Positions 13,681 to 38,200 of a DNA stretch of 64,000 bases are shown one piece after another. The notes below the pieces were generated by a model. That model was given only the letters and a program-made list of their open reading frames with translations. It was not told where the DNA came from and made no database searches. The DNA comes from Chrysomallon squamiferum (lineage: Eukaryota; Animalia; Mollusca): positions 9,238,001 to 9,302,000 of the forward strand of contig CM022665.1 in the NCBI GenBank assembly GCA_012295275.1, in the 5' to 3' direction. Position numbers and translations under genes: made by a program. Position 1 is the first letter of the stretch. Each line of letters opens with the position of its first letter.

Positions 13681-15183
13681 TATTAAATAGAAATCGCAAT
13701 TCTTTCTTTTTATATCAGTTTGAAGTAAGTGCATGATAATGTTTCATATGATGAAATACAGAATGGTAAAAGTACCCTGTGGAATTATTTTGGGATGGGG
13801 AATAAAAGGTTTTGGTATTTTACTTTATGAACAAATATACTGTACGTCAAAATTTTACCTCGAAAGTTTTAAAAAATATTTTATTTTTAATTTGCTCAGT
13901 TTTATTCTCGCGGCGCTCCTGCTGATTCGGCGGAAAAAATACAAAAAATGAAAGGTATTTAACAAATTCTGTTTTAGGGGCTTCCTCTGTTGAAAAATTT
14001 GGGGGCATCATTGATAACAATTTTTGTATTAATTGTTAAGAGGCAGGTATTGGGAGTTATGTTTACGATTAACAACAAGACAAACGATCAACATTTGATG
14101 ATAATGCGATGTATTACAAAATATATATATATAATTATATAAAATTAAAATTAAATCAGTGAAAAAATATACATATATAAAAAAAATAATATAATATAAA
14201 AATGATGAAGAAAAGAAAACGAAAAGAATATTTCGGAAGATCAGGTAGATCGGGAAAAAAGAATGGATGCCTCGAGCTATAGCCCATGTCACGAAACTAA
14301 AAAAATAATTAAAATAAATTATGTTTAAAATAATACAATTATAATTAATATGAAATCTTAAGTTTCAGTTATTAGACTTTTAATAATTTTAACAAAATTT
14401 TTATATTGGTATCAAATGCATATCGTAAACGGAGATACTTCTATCCTTTCTGGTATTTATAAGACGTATTTAATTTTAAGAAATTAATCAAGATTCATGT
14501 GTATAAGTCTGTTATGTCCAGGCATCGAAGACTTACATATCTTACAGAATTTTAAAGAATAATGTTATTGTTATGTTGTTGTTTAATAACTTAAAAATGG
14601 GGTATATGGTTATGCAAAATTAAATAAAAAAATATTTAAAATGTCAAAAAGTTATATCATATATTTAAACCGTTGCAATAATAAAATGAAGTGTACACTA
14701 AATAAATTTATATAATATGTATTTCATATTTGCAAAAATCTATTACTTTCAAACGAATTTATCGATGGAATTGAAATAAACTGTTTTAAAATATTCAAAG
14801 AATACATGAAAAAAAGAGAGCGGCAGTTTAATATCATTGAATCTCGGCGAATGTAGACGTGATGAAATTACAGTTTAAATTTACGAAACTCTTAACCATT
14901 GAAACAAATCATTAACCTGCTAAATTACAACTGATCTAATTATGAATTAAAACTACTTTAAAATAATTAATATCACTGTTTGCATTGATGTAAACACATA
15001 TTATTTTGCTCAGTCAACACTGGTTTAAACTGATTTATAAATAATTTCATCATCTCTAATCGGTCTTAGACTTATAATAATAATAACAAGTAAATAATTT
15101 AAATAAATAAATAAAAATAATACTAAAACTGAAATATACTTCGAACGACATATTTTTAATTTTTTTTTTTTTTTTTTTATTTC

Positions 15184-15185
<2 letters not shown>

Positions 15186-15233
<48 letters not shown>
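15186..15233. repeat. (TTA)n microsatellite
   Basis: Directly visible. Confidence 0.9.
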
Positions 15234-15234
<1 letters not shown>

Positions 15235-15639
15235 TTTAAGCAAATCTGGATTTTCACCTTTTACAACCATTACATATTTCGATATATTAATTAAGGAGAT
15301 GACAAGTCAGTGTGACCTATATTAATGCGTACTTTCTGTATTTCATTTCAAAATACAAGTGTATTAAAATATATAAATATAGATATTAAGTAGACCAATT
15401 TAATTGTTATTTACCAACGTATTTTTACACAATTTTGATATTATTAACTGTAGACCGTAATGAAAATAACGGTAAATGATTACGTCGTTTTCCTATTAAT
15501 TATCATCGCCTGTAGCCCAGCTTACGAAGACCAAACAAAGAGGATAAAGCTTGCAACAATGATATGAATAATATGATTATATTATTTAAACATTGTTTTA
15601 TTATGATATTCATTTGATTTTGACAATGGAGAAACAGCT

Positions 15640-15991
15640 TGGCTATAAACAAGCAAGACGACAGCGGCCTCCTGATTGGGACGCTAATCAGAGCGTTAGA
15701 ATGCTGTGTCAATTTGCAGTATTGATCTTGATACACACATGACATGCCCAGCGCTCGGCTGCTTCGGCTAGTTAATATGATGTTATGTTATCAGTCTGAG
15801 GATACCTAAATACTGGTGGTGATCTTTTTAGATATGTGAATAGTACAAATGTAATTCTAATTCATTTGTGCTGGAACCTTGTGACGCAGAAGATACAGCT
15901 GAAACCCGTAGAAGGGCGGGTACAAAGGAAACGAACAGAAAAATGGTGCTGAAAATTAACATATGATGATAGTCTATTTTCCCTGCTTTAC
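15640..15991 (+). promoter_or_regulatory. Candidate distal promoter / non-coding first exon of RasGRP
   Basis: Locally GC/CpG-richer island with ATTGG (reverse CCAAT), ending in a consensus donor C|GTAAGT at 15991/15992. No ORF in frame with the RasGRP CDS. Confidence 0.4.
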
Positions 15992-18900
15992 GTAAGTACT
16001 TGTCATCGGTTAATTATGCCAATATTGAGTTATTTTGTTCATAAATCAGTTTAGAACTGCAGACTATTTATATTAAAAAAAAGTCGAGTTCTTCTATTTC
16101 GCGAAACGTATTAGATTTAAATTGTATTATTACGGTTCCGTTTGCTGTGCACGACTGTGTGACATATTGGTTAGCTGATGGTCAGTTCACCTAGACAACA
16201 ACATCACGTTAACTCGAAAAGCTTTAGATGAGCACAGATTATCACTCGGTCCATAGAGTGAACGTATTTATTACCGTAATTAACTCACATTTTATGATTT
16301 AAGTCTTCTTCGACATGAACAAAATCGTTTGTTTTATACAGCCTAAATACAGAGCTAAAAATTATTTTATATGGAGAAATTAATATGTGTAAAATAAATT
16401 CTAAAAAATCAAATATATTTCGATATTTCCCTCCATTAGTACTAAGTGTGTGGGCGCGCGTGCGTACGTGTGCATGTGTTTAAGCTTTGTTTCTGTTTCT
16501 GTTTATTTTATTTTATTTTATTTTATTTATTTATTATTGTTATTATTATTATTATTATAATATCATTATTATTTTTTTTTTTTGTATTTTTTTTTTTTTT
16601 TTTTTTGTATGTGTGGTTCATTATATAATTATAGTGGTTTCCTTCGTTATTCTGGTTTTCCTTTTTTTTGTATTTTTTTTTAAACATACACCATTACTTT
16701 TAGTAATTGTATGACACAGTTTGTCACACAAATGTTCATTCTTTCCTTATTTATGAAACAAAATTCTGACATGCAATAAAAATGTTGACATGAGATTATG
16801 GTAAGTGTTATAAAATAAAAGTAGTTTTTTTCACAAAAGCTTTCACAGACACTTTGATCAGTTTTTCAAACTACTGTTATGACCTTTCTGTTTTATGTGG
16901 GTTGTTTTTTTTTTTTTCGGTAATCCAAAAACTAGTAAGGAAAACAGATTCTGAAGAAATCGTTTAATACAAAAACAAAAAATATGACCATGTCTGGTTG
17001 ACCATTTAATTGGGCGGAGAAAAGTCTTAAAACATCGAAAATGACAATAAATAATAATAAATAAATAAGCGAAAATTATAAAAACAAAAACAAACATAAT
17101 GTTCGTACCATCTTTCAGCTGTGTAACTTTAAATTGATGAGGCACTGACAGAGAGAGAGAGAGATATTTTACCTAATCTATAATATAAGAAAACATTTGT
17201 CTATTTGTAGTTATTTCATTAACATTTATTTGTTTCGTTCTTAATATTATAGTAAATAAAAAATGCAATTACCTTAAGTCAAATTAATTAGCATCATGAT
17301 TATCTAATTCAACAAAGGGGCAAAATTAAAATGATAACTAATCTGACTGTGATTACATTATGGTTACAGCTTTAAATTCTGTTTGCATTATATTATTATA
17401 TGCGTGTGTGTTTATTTGTATTTGTTTGATTATTAATGAATGAGTTTGTTGTTTTCATGTTCTGAGAAATATATTTCGGATAAGAACAGAAACACCTCTT
17501 TATAACCTTTCCGTATAATAATTACAGAATATACTGTAGTTATGTTCAATATTTTATAAGAAAAATTGTAAAATAAAAATGTATAGGAGAAACGCAAAGT
17601 GTGTTAACTTTCAAGATGAATAGGTTGTCGTTTTAATGACAACACATGTCAGGAGCGGATTCAGATTTGATCAAACAATTTGGATCCCTCTGTATCTATC
17701 TATCTATCTATCTATATATATATATATATTCAATCATTCTAAAGTGTTTATGAAGACACCATTAACATTTTTCTAATTAAAAAACACACTAAAACAGTGT
17801 TTTCTTTACATCACCTGATAGGTTTTTTTTTTTTTTTTTCATTTAAAAAAAATTGTTATACAGATAAAAAATGTGTTTGGAATGCCAGATATACTTGATT
17901 CTCCTGTGCTTTTTTACCCCCACTTTTTTCGAAATTTCATATTTACTTTGCATCTGCCATTAAAAGATAAACATTATATCCGGTTTCCGTAAAATATCAA
18001 ATTAAGCTACACTCTATATGCTATATATTTATATCAAAATAAAAAAGATTTAAAAAAATAAAATAAAAATAAAAGTAAAACGAAGATAAAAGCTGCTATG
18101 TTTAATATAAAAAAATCAGTTTTTTGCCTCTAATAAAGTTAACAGTCAAACCATTATTTCAAGAATGTTTACCTCTGCCGATCCTACAGGTGACATTATT
18201 CCTGGCTTGTAAACATCGTGAGGACAGATAAGATACTCCTATAAATAACCGCAGTCCTATAAAACATTTTATTATAACAGACGTGAACATCATTAGACTC
18301 GTGGTATCTTTGTCTGTTGCTTTCTGTCCACGGGAAAGTACGTATAAAAATGTCTTTACTGCTAACCTAAATATTTGCTTTCTATCATTATCGATAAGTA
18401 CTTTTATGCGAATCCTTTTTCTTTTGATGGCTGCAAATAAAAGTATATTAAATTTTAATTAATAATACATGAAGTATATTCTGGGAAAAAGAATGTGTTT
18501 GCTTCCCAATAATAGCAAGTTGATAGCAAGTTTAATCATCTCATTGGTTTCTAAATTTAAGGGATAGCTGTTACCTAATTGAAGGAAAAAAAGAAAGTAA
18601 CCCCCGCCCCCAAAAAGCATAAAACCCCACCATCACCAAAACAAACAAAAGAAAACGTCATTGCTATCGTTCAGCAACCATTACGAGGATTTTGGTGCGG
18701 AGGGCAAAACTGAATTTCGTGCTATTATCCATTAGTTAGTTTTCGTGAGGAAAATCATTGTGATGTGAAAATATGTTAAATAAAGACAATATAACTATCC
18801 ATCTATGACAGTTCAAATTCATTTGACCCTAACTTACAATGATACACATGTTGGCCTATTTTTAAAAGTGGAGTTAATGCACATCTCTCAGAAACAATGA

Positions 18901-20020
18901 TATGCTTAAAATTGTGTAAATTACGTTTATTATCCAACTTTGCCAAATGTATTATTCATTTGAGGACTGTTCATAAAAATATGGCAATACATTTAGCTGA
19001 TTCATGTCAGTTACATGAAGTAGAAACACTTCGTTACAATTAAAAACATTTCATGATAAAATAACTTACAGAATACTTAACTAATACAGAAACATAAAGT
19101 AAATTATATATTTTTTATTCATTCCTGCTGCTAATGATTTTTAAGCCTATACACGTTTAATATCTAATATCAAAAATGTATAATTTTTATTCATCACAGC
19201 TTTACACGTTTGAATTTGGCTGTATGTGTGGATTTAAAATGATACGTCGATCGAAACTATGTCATTGTTACAAAACACCGACGATACTGAACACATATAT
19301 TTATTACACGAAAGTTTTCACGTGTTTTTGTATTATTTTATTTTATTTTCTTTCTCTCAAATCCACGTACACTTGATATTGGAGTTCAGATTTTCTGTAT
19401 GTTTATATACATATATATATATATTTATTTATTTATTTATTTATTTTTGGTTGTTGGTTTTATCGCATAGACTATTCTTTTTGAAAATTTCAAAATAACA
19501 GTGTTTTCTCTGAGGTCAGCACTTTAATGAGCAGATTCACCCGGTTTTCCATTTCACTACATGAATGATATAACAGATGATATTCGATGATATTCGAATT
19601 GTACAGATGATATTAAAGTTTTCATTTCAGCCTACTTTAACTTCTAACCGAAACATTTCATAAATGATTGTTTATTGTATTTTGGAATCCTTACAACATG
19701 TTAAACACCATGATAACGTTCTTGGAGGTTTCTATATACAATATGGCTACGCCTGTATTTGCAGTTATATATCATATACCATACACCTAGGATCCAGTAT
19801 TAGTGAAATAAGGCAGTATGTGATAGGCAATATGTAATGAAGAACTACAAGTATCCAGACAGTGCAAAATGAACATTCACTCAACGACCGTGGTCACTGA
19901 ATCGACCTATTTAATGTTTAAAAGTTCATCCATTGAATATTATACACAATTCGTAAGTGTCCTATGACCCCATGGATTCGCCATCCATAAAAAAAAAATC
20001 ACGTCTGTCACCGTTACCTT

Positions 20021-20278
20021 ACAGAAATGCGTTATTTTTATCAAACTGAAATTTGTCAGAAGTCAATACGTATTTCTTCTCTTTGTAGTTATATAAAAAT
20101 AGCTTTATATAATTATTATTACTGGAATTTTATTTTCATATTAATAAAATACAGAAATGCGTTATTTTTATAAAACTGAAATTTGTCAGAAGTCAACACG
20201 TATTTCTTCTCTCTGTAGTTACATAAAAATAGCATTATATAATTATTATTACTGGAATATTATTTTCATATTAATAAA

Positions 20279-20280
<2 letters not shown>
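20021..20280. repeat. Tandem direct duplication, 2 x 130 bp
   Basis: 20021-20150 and 20151-20280 both start ACAGAAATGCGTTATTTTTA and differ at about 7 positions. Confidence 0.95.
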
Positions 20281-20309
<29 letters not shown>

Positions 20310-20499
20310 CAAAATATTTTTTTATTTCGTTTTAAAATAATGTATTTGATTTTTGTTTTCTTTTTGTAGCATTTAGTTAATTCCATAGTGACCGTGCATA
20401 AGCGTGCATATGTATGTGAATAAATGTATTTATTTAAATTGGATAAATGATAATATAATTAGTATATAAGTTACTTTTGACACACTGGAATAAGGGGAA

Positions 20500-20860
20500 G
20501 TAATTTAGCTGGCATTCCGGTTTTGACGACAAAACTAGTGACTCGTCCGACTGGCAAATTTACGATTCTTCTGACACGTAGCTACTAACCACCAATAGAA
20601 ATTTGCCGTTTAATAGTCTTGGAAGCTGTTGAATATTCAGTGCCTGACCTAACGAAATACTTCCTGTCTTGAATATAGTACACGATTGTTTACATGGCTG
20701 ACTACGGCTTAAGTAGCATTAATCAGTAGAAGATATATTTTTAAATGTTATTTATTCAGGTATGTGATTTAGACCTGAAAGCTGGAAATGTAGGCGTATT
20801 AAGACTTTCCAAGGATGTTATCAGCGGGAACAGGTGACGTCATAGGCGGAAGCTTCTGGC
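20500..20860 (+). promoter_or_regulatory. Candidate proximal promoter / alternative non-coding first exon of RasGRP
   Basis: CpG-richer patch with TTCCGG, CCAAT and ACTTCCTG (ETS), donor CAG|GTATGT at 20759/20760, and a full CRE TGACGTCA at 20835-20842 next to GCGGAAG. Confidence 0.45.
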
Positions 20861-21811
20861 ATGTGCTTCTGTTTTGATAAAATATTAATTTTGTTAACTA
20901 CGTAATTTTTGTTTAATAATGCAACAAAAATCATATTAATTTTATAAAAACTTTTATTTTTTAATATAATTATTTCTATGAATATTGGTTATAGTTACAT
21001 TTATCATTAAATATATAATTATACAGATGAGATTTTAAAAACTTATATTTTTTGGACAGATCATTACTGGAAGTCATTCCTGACCTTGACCCTAAATTTA
21101 CTGTTGAATACACATTTCATGCCTTGTCAATTAGGCCACACCTATATTTAGTAATGAAAAATAACAATAATGTTTGAAACCGAATAGCTACAGTTTTAAT
21201 TTTAATGCGTATCTGTATCAAATCCTGCTGGAAATTAAATGAAGGTTTCACTGATGTTCGTAAGCATAATAATTACATTTTATCTCGGTCAGTAGGAAAT
21301 GCTCTTAAAGTTAAATAGTTTAACTAAATTAATTGGTTGAAATTCTGATAATTAATTATCGCATATATTTTCGTGTTAATTAAAAATTAGAAATTAAAAA
21401 AACACAACAACAACAGACATAAATGATAAAATGCAAATAAATAAATGCTCCACCCAAAATCAGCAATATAAATGCCACTGAAAAAAAAAAATACAAGAAG
21501 TTAATTTCAAAATGACGTCATATACATTAATGTTGTTTTCTTGTAACTTAAAAATGTGTTAATATATTAGAGAGAGAGAGAGAGAGAGAGATTAAAAAAA
21601 GGCAATAGTTTTAGCATCTAAGCTATATTTAAAAGAAAAATTCTTAACCTAGTTCTGTTCATTATTATGAAAGATGTTTTCTGACAATACTGATACTTTA
21701 AATTTAAAAATGACTTTAAGTATTAATTCTTTATTAAAATTTTATTTAAAAAATATTCAGTAATTCAGAAATCATTTTAAAAATAAAGTAAAATGTAGGT
21801 GAAACTAAATA

Positions 21812-21813
<2 letters not shown>

Positions 21814-21857
<44 letters not shown>
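21814..21857. repeat. (CA)n microsatellite
   Basis: Directly visible. Confidence 0.9.
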
Positions 21858-21861
<4 letters not shown>

Positions 21862-23838
21862 CAGAAGGCTAATATAATGTTTTTACCATAGCTATTTAAA
21901 ATAAAAAAAAATAAAACAACAACAAATACCAGAAACAAAACAAATTTGCAGCACTGATGTTTTTCAGTAATAATTCCAGAACTTAGAAAATAAACTACTG
22001 TTGTTTCCAAATTTAGTTTCCTGTGATTCTTTAAATTGGATTTAATTTATTAAATGTTTCATTTCATTAATCTTTATTATTTTTATTAAATTGATGTTTT
22101 GTCAGTAAGTATTTATGTATATGTACAACTTTGTGTGTGTGTTATAACAATATGCTTCATTGTCACTTTGTGTTTTAGAATTTGGTTTATCAAGGCTGCA
22201 GTACATACATTCTTTGTTTTGTTGTTGTTTTTTTCAAAGGTACATTATAAAATAAATTTAAAAAATAAAATTCATTTGCAGGAAAATATTAAGAAAAGTA
22301 AATGACTTTTGTGGGGGTTTTCTTATGCAGGAAAAAGAGAAAAAGAAGCCAAATACTTAAAACTATAAAAATTAAAATCAGTTCAGATATTAAATAAATC
22401 TTCATTCTGTTTGTATTGTTCATGTTCCTGTTGTGCTTAAAATGGTGACAACCAGTGCAAATACTTGTTCAGTTAACATGGTAGTTACTTGTACCATTTC
22501 CTGATTATTGTTTTATAAAAACAAATAGTGTCATAATTTGAGGCATTCTTTCTTTCTTTAATTATTTAATTTTTAATGGTTAAATATATCTAATCTAGGA
22601 AAGGAAGTACAAGAGTTTTATGTAAAGGAATAAAGATAGATTTTAATTTTTAAACATAGGAAGTGTAATAATAAGTACATTGTGTGTGTCCGTATTTTGG
22701 AGCAGAATAATATTTTATAGAATTTGTAAATACAGAAAGGTTTGTTCAAGGAATATACCATGATAATACATGTGGTTGAACCTATCAGAGAATGAGTACC
22801 CAAATCAGAGATAAGACTGTTATGTGCAGCAGATAATAATAATTATCATTATTTAGCTTGTTATTTTACTTTTTCCATTTTCATTTTATTTGTTTTTTAT
22901 TTTTTTATTTTTTTTATATAAAAAAAAAAAAAAAAAAAAATTGTGATGGAAGAGAACAAACTACTAATTGGTTATGTAAGTGGGTTTTAAAATGTAGATG
23001 TGATCATATTTCATTATTGTTTTTTTACAGTTAATTTAAATAAATGTCTGTTACTGCAGCTGTGATTTATTTATCTGCAGGATGATCATGACTGTTTAAA
23101 TTATTCCAAACTAAACTTATCTACACTTTTAAAATAATAACTGAAAAGGAGAATAATTTGTTAAAAATAATCATATTTATTTTTAGATTTGATTCAGTGG
23201 TTTGAAATAATGGATAATATAAATTACCTTTTTTACTGTGTTTTTTTTTTTCAGTTAGATTGGTAGATCCATTCAGTATATAATGATACTTTCATTCTCT
23301 TTGTCTCTTGCTATAACTGATCACTTAAATTTATTTTATTTAATATGTTAAAAATTAGTAAAATGTAAATAGTTGCTGTTGGTTTTCTGAATCTTCATAG
23401 TTAATTATTGCTGTTTTTGCTGTCAAATGGTTATATCAGTTCAAAGAAAAGTAGCTACTTTGTCATTTTTAATTAAACTTTGAAATGTATGATAAATATT
23501 TAAAATATGACATTTCAAACAGATATTAGTGATTATATGGAATTCTTAATGTAGAAGCCTGCATTATTAAATACAGTTTTGCGATATTGTTGGACTAAAA
23601 TGTTAATGTTTCACAAGTGCATGCACATTTTTTCTCTTCTAAACTGTAGGCTACACTGTATGTATTTTGTTTAACTAATATGTCAGTTTTTGTTACTGTT
23701 TCAGTTTTGTTCTGACTTGTATCATTTCTACATTTGTTTCAAAGTGCAGAAAAATAATATTTTCTTTTATTTATGGTAAAAACAAGTCTATTTCCATTTT
23801 GTTCTTTTATTTTCATAGACTGACAGGTGGGTGAATGT

Positions 23839-33519
<9,681 letters not shown>

Positions 33520-35057
33520 CTAGCAACAGTGTGAAATGCAGCTGTGACATCAGCATGTAAGTATGACATCAGAATGTGAACTTATTAGTGGGACTAGCAA
33601 CATTAACATTAGAAAGTGACGGTATTGTGATCATCAAATGAATGTGAACTGAAGACAACAGTGATATTAGTGATGTGACTGAGACTTGGAATCAGCTGAA
33701 ATGTAATCCTGATGTTTTTTCAGTAGTGTGACACTGACAAATCACAGAAGGAAGCAAATTACTGACTTGTGGCTAAAGGTGCCTTTGTCTGACAAACGTT
33801 ACTCTCTCAGTATTGATGACAAAGAAGAAGTTTGTTTTATAAAGATGGCTTATTTATCATTCCAGATGGTTTTGTTTGTCAGAGGTTTCAGAGCATCCAG
33901 TATTTGTTTAAAAAGTAATATATATTGTTAACTGTATAGTCATTAATTCTGTCTCATTATCAAATCATATAGCATGTATATACATTCTATTTTTGAAGTT
34001 TGTAGTTTACACAGCAAAGGTGATTCCTTTTTAACATGTTTATTTTTAACATTTTCAAGACAAATATGGTGCAGTTTGGAAAGAGTGGTGTTTTTTTTTT
34101 TTTTTTTTTTAAAATAAGTTATAAAACAGTTTTATTCATTTTTAATATTATTTGATAATTAGATTGTTCCAAATTTTTAAATAGAAATCATTCATTTTAA
34201 ATTAAAAAATATATATTTTTATGATTCAAACTTTGGCCCATTTTACCAAAATTAATTTCACCATCAAACACATATACAAGTCTGAGAAGGTCCTGTCAGA
34301 ATAATAAAAAAAAAAAAAAAAAAAAAAAAAGTTTAATTATTAAAAAGAATTATAAAATTTCCACAACGTTCCATTATTGATGTAGTTAATTGAATGTAAT
34401 TTTTAAAATATTTTTATTGCAGTTATCATTTGTGTTACAACTGTAGTAAACCACATTTAATTAAATTCACACTGAACAAGTTATCACATCTTTAACCAGA
34501 AAACTTAATTAAAAGTAGAAAGATGTATGTTTTCATTACACTAATCATAGAAACAGTTTGAGCTACTTCATATTAAAGAGAAATAATAACTAACACCAAT
34601 AGTTAAGGCTTTCATTTTATAAAATGGAATCACAAAACTGTTGTGTTAATTATTAACAAATGTTTAATCACTGTGTGATTGATAATTCCTTGACATCTTT
34701 ACATTATAGAAAAGAACTGTTTTTGGTCAAACTATTGTTTGGTGATGCCAATGAGGTGCTGATAAAAGATGAAGTAAATATTAAATAACAGACAATACCT
34801 TTTCAAACTGTTCATGATAAAGGCAGTTATGGTAAAGAAACAGTAACAAAACAAATCAAAATATATGTCCTTCTGTAATGTCAAAATTGCAATTTGGCGT
34901 CCATTGTTGATGTTGTGTTTAGTGAGAATGTCATAACTGCTGCTGTTTGATTGTATTTATTAATGAATGTCAGTATTTTATGGTCATAATACAAATCAAA
35001 AATTAACAACAAAATAAAACAACATAATAATAATACATTTCTGGAAATGCTATATAG

Positions 35058-35205
35058 CAGACATGGGCAACCTTTTGTGAAAAGTGGGCCACATGAGAAC
35101 ACGGCTCATCATCAGGTAGGCTACAGTACTAATAAATATTATTTTCCTTGAGAAATTAGGTGTACCATTTAGAAAGTGCCATAGGCTGCACTTTGCCCAT
35201 GACTG
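35058..35205. mobile_element. 148-bp hAT-type MITE
   Basis: 13-bp terminal inverted repeats CAGACATGGGCAA ... TTGCCCATGACTG (1 mismatch). Left flank CTATATAG and right flank CTGTTAG look like a degraded 8-bp TSD. Confidence 0.7.
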
Positions 35206-38200
35206 CTGTTAGTATCCAGTCAGGTTTAAATATATTAAAAATTCCAATCTGCATTTAAATATAAAAAAAACACAAAAAACAAAACAACCCACAGTATTTT
35301 AGATTTACTATTTATTTGACCACCAACACCTTTTTAATTGGTGATTATTGACTACCAGTTAATTTTATGACTTTTTTTAACTTCATTTATCAAATGTTTT
35401 CATTTGAGATTTTTAAAAAGAAAAAAAAAAGTTTTATCTTACTCAAGTGTTATATAAAAGTTTAAACATTTTGAAATAGTTTTATATCCCCATCTAATAC
35501 TTTGTCATACATCTGCAACATGTTATAACTTGTGCTTTTACAAGATAAACATCAAACCCTACCTCATAGTTTGGCTATTTATTTTTCATTACTTTGTTTA
35601 ATTTAGCATAATCGATACAATATTCTTTAAAAAATGGGATGATGCATTTTAATACTTAGGATAATAAATGATGTTTACAAATAGTTATTTTTGTATATGT
35701 GTGAAAAATTAATTTGAGCATAATATTAATATTATTAGTATCTCCACATATGAAAGTGAGAAATCTGACATCTTTAATGAAAGTTTAATTTTATAGTGTA
35801 TTTATAGTTTGTCCTTATGACATCAGCAAGTTTATATTTGTTAAATACTGATTTATCAAAACAAATATATATATAAATAAATGTAGATGATAAAATAATA
35901 TATCAGATTATAACAAAATTGCATTTTAGTGAATTCCCTTTAATGAGTATATATATACACACATTTTTTTTTTAGTCATGTCCAGGACTTCCAGATTTTA
36001 ATAATATAAAGCTATACTGTCAATTTATTTAACTGCTGAAATATGTGACAATCACCACCATTGGTCTGAAATAATAATAAACACTATAGGTTGTTTTTCT
36101 TTTTACGTTGTTTAACAGTTAATGAAATGTTAATGTATCTGTAGTTTTGTGAATTATTTATAAATTAACCTGGTCAAATTATTTTTATTAATCCAAGAAA
36201 TATATTTCATGCATGATAGAGACATTGGTGTTTGGTAAGAGGATTTTTACCTGCAAGTATTTTGTTATGGTAACTTTGCATGATCCATAATCCATTATAA
36301 AATATATTCCATAATTTCTATAGTTATTTACATTAAACTGTTGTATTTTCACCAAGTCTTTGATTGTACCAAGAATTTAGATAGGATAAAATGTGATTTG
36401 AGGAAACAAATTTTAAAACAGATAATAACTAATTGTTGTATATTTTTGTAACTGTTGATTGATACAAGCAGCTTATTAAGATTATATTTATTATCAAAGA
36501 TGTTTGTATACAATTAAATTTGGTAGTTGTTTGTACTGTGGTGCTTAACTTACAGTAATGAATAATAAGCACATAAATAACTGTTGGAATCAGAAATCTC
36601 AAAATAGCAAATTTCCAGCAAATGACCATGACCTTGTGCTTCATTTCTCTTCAGAATGTTATTTTGTGCTTCCACTTCAAATACAGCCACATGCATTCAT
36701 CATTTTCAGTTCAAAATAAATTAAATTGTGTAAATTTTCATGTATCAAAATGACTGAATAATTTTATTGATTAATGAGAATCATTTATTTTCTGGAGAAA
36801 TATTTTATTAGCAGCTATAATAATTAGATATCTTGCACAAATATTATAAACATCAGACAGCATAATGACATATCAAAAAAAAAAAAAAAAAAAAAATTGC
36901 TGCCTTAAATATTTCTTGATTTGTTTTTTTAGATTTTGTGACATGAATGTGCTAAAAATAGCATTCTCCTCTTCCCCATATATATTTTATAGTAAATTAC
37001 AGATCTGTAGACACATAAATTGAAGATCTGTGCATTAATCCATCCAGTGCATATATTTTTAATTTAATTGTTGTCATTTCCATTACTAGTCCCTTGTAAT
37101 CATTATCATCTCATGGCTGCTTTACATTTGCAGTTTAGATGAACAAGTATTTTTGTAAAGTTTTGTTCATGACCAGATTATAATTATATAAATTCAGATA
37201 CTGAATTGTTCTCATCTTATTGACAGACATATTTAAATAAAAATGATTCTGTTGTTAACTAGTTTAATGTATATTTTATCTGCCTTAATAACAGAATGTG
37301 TTGGTTTTAATGTTTGTTTTCATTACAGTTCATCAAATTTGTATTTTGTTGTATATCAGAATATGTATTTAATTAATATATGCTTGTTGATCATTGTTTT
37401 GTTCTTCTTTTCTATGGGAACAGATGATACTTTCAGTTTTTGTTTGAAAGGCTTGTTAAAACATGGCTTGTGATTTAACAAAGAATATATTAAGATATTG
37501 CTTGTTTGGAAAATATTTGTATTAAAAATGTATATATATTTTAAAATATTTAGAACTTAGCTTGAAACCTGACCACACTCATTTGCAAATAAGGAAAAGC
37601 AGGCTTTAATTAGTTTGTAACTAAATTACAATTATTTCTTGGGAAAAACATTAAGGAGCATTCACTTGTGTCAGATGTGATTGTAACTCAGTTATGCATT
37701 TCTCTATTTACCTCCTTTTAATATTAGAAGAAATATACTGTTCAACTCCAGTTGAAACAAAGCTGTTATGTTCAAAATGGGTTCTTCTTCCTTAAACCTC
37801 CCACAAAAGAATGAAATTACATGTCTGTAAAGTTGCATGAACTGGCTAAAAGTATTTTGACAAATTCAAAATCATTTGTGATAGAACCTTAAGCTCAATG
37901 CTGTCTTGTGTTACTCAGCACCTGAAATTGTAACTTTATTCTTTAGAGAAAAACTTTAATATGAAAACATTTTAATATGAAATTCTTAATTATGTTTTGT
38001 CCCATCAAATTTACAAATTAATGATACACAGTATGGCAATTTCTGGTATGATCATGAACAGGCCAACTTATTAATATTCATTTTGAAAAGGCCCGTTTTC
38101 TTTGATCTTCACAGCAGGTGTTACACAAAATTGGTTTTTGATGTTTTTTTCTTGTACTGATGTGATTCTGTATTTCTGCCAAACATCACCATAACTGACT

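Noticed and set aside
13543-23000. Many short F/I/Y/L-rich ORFs in the ORF track (also at 34-48 kb)
   Set aside because: Artefacts of poly-T, (TTA)n, (TA)n and (CA)n low-complexity sequence.
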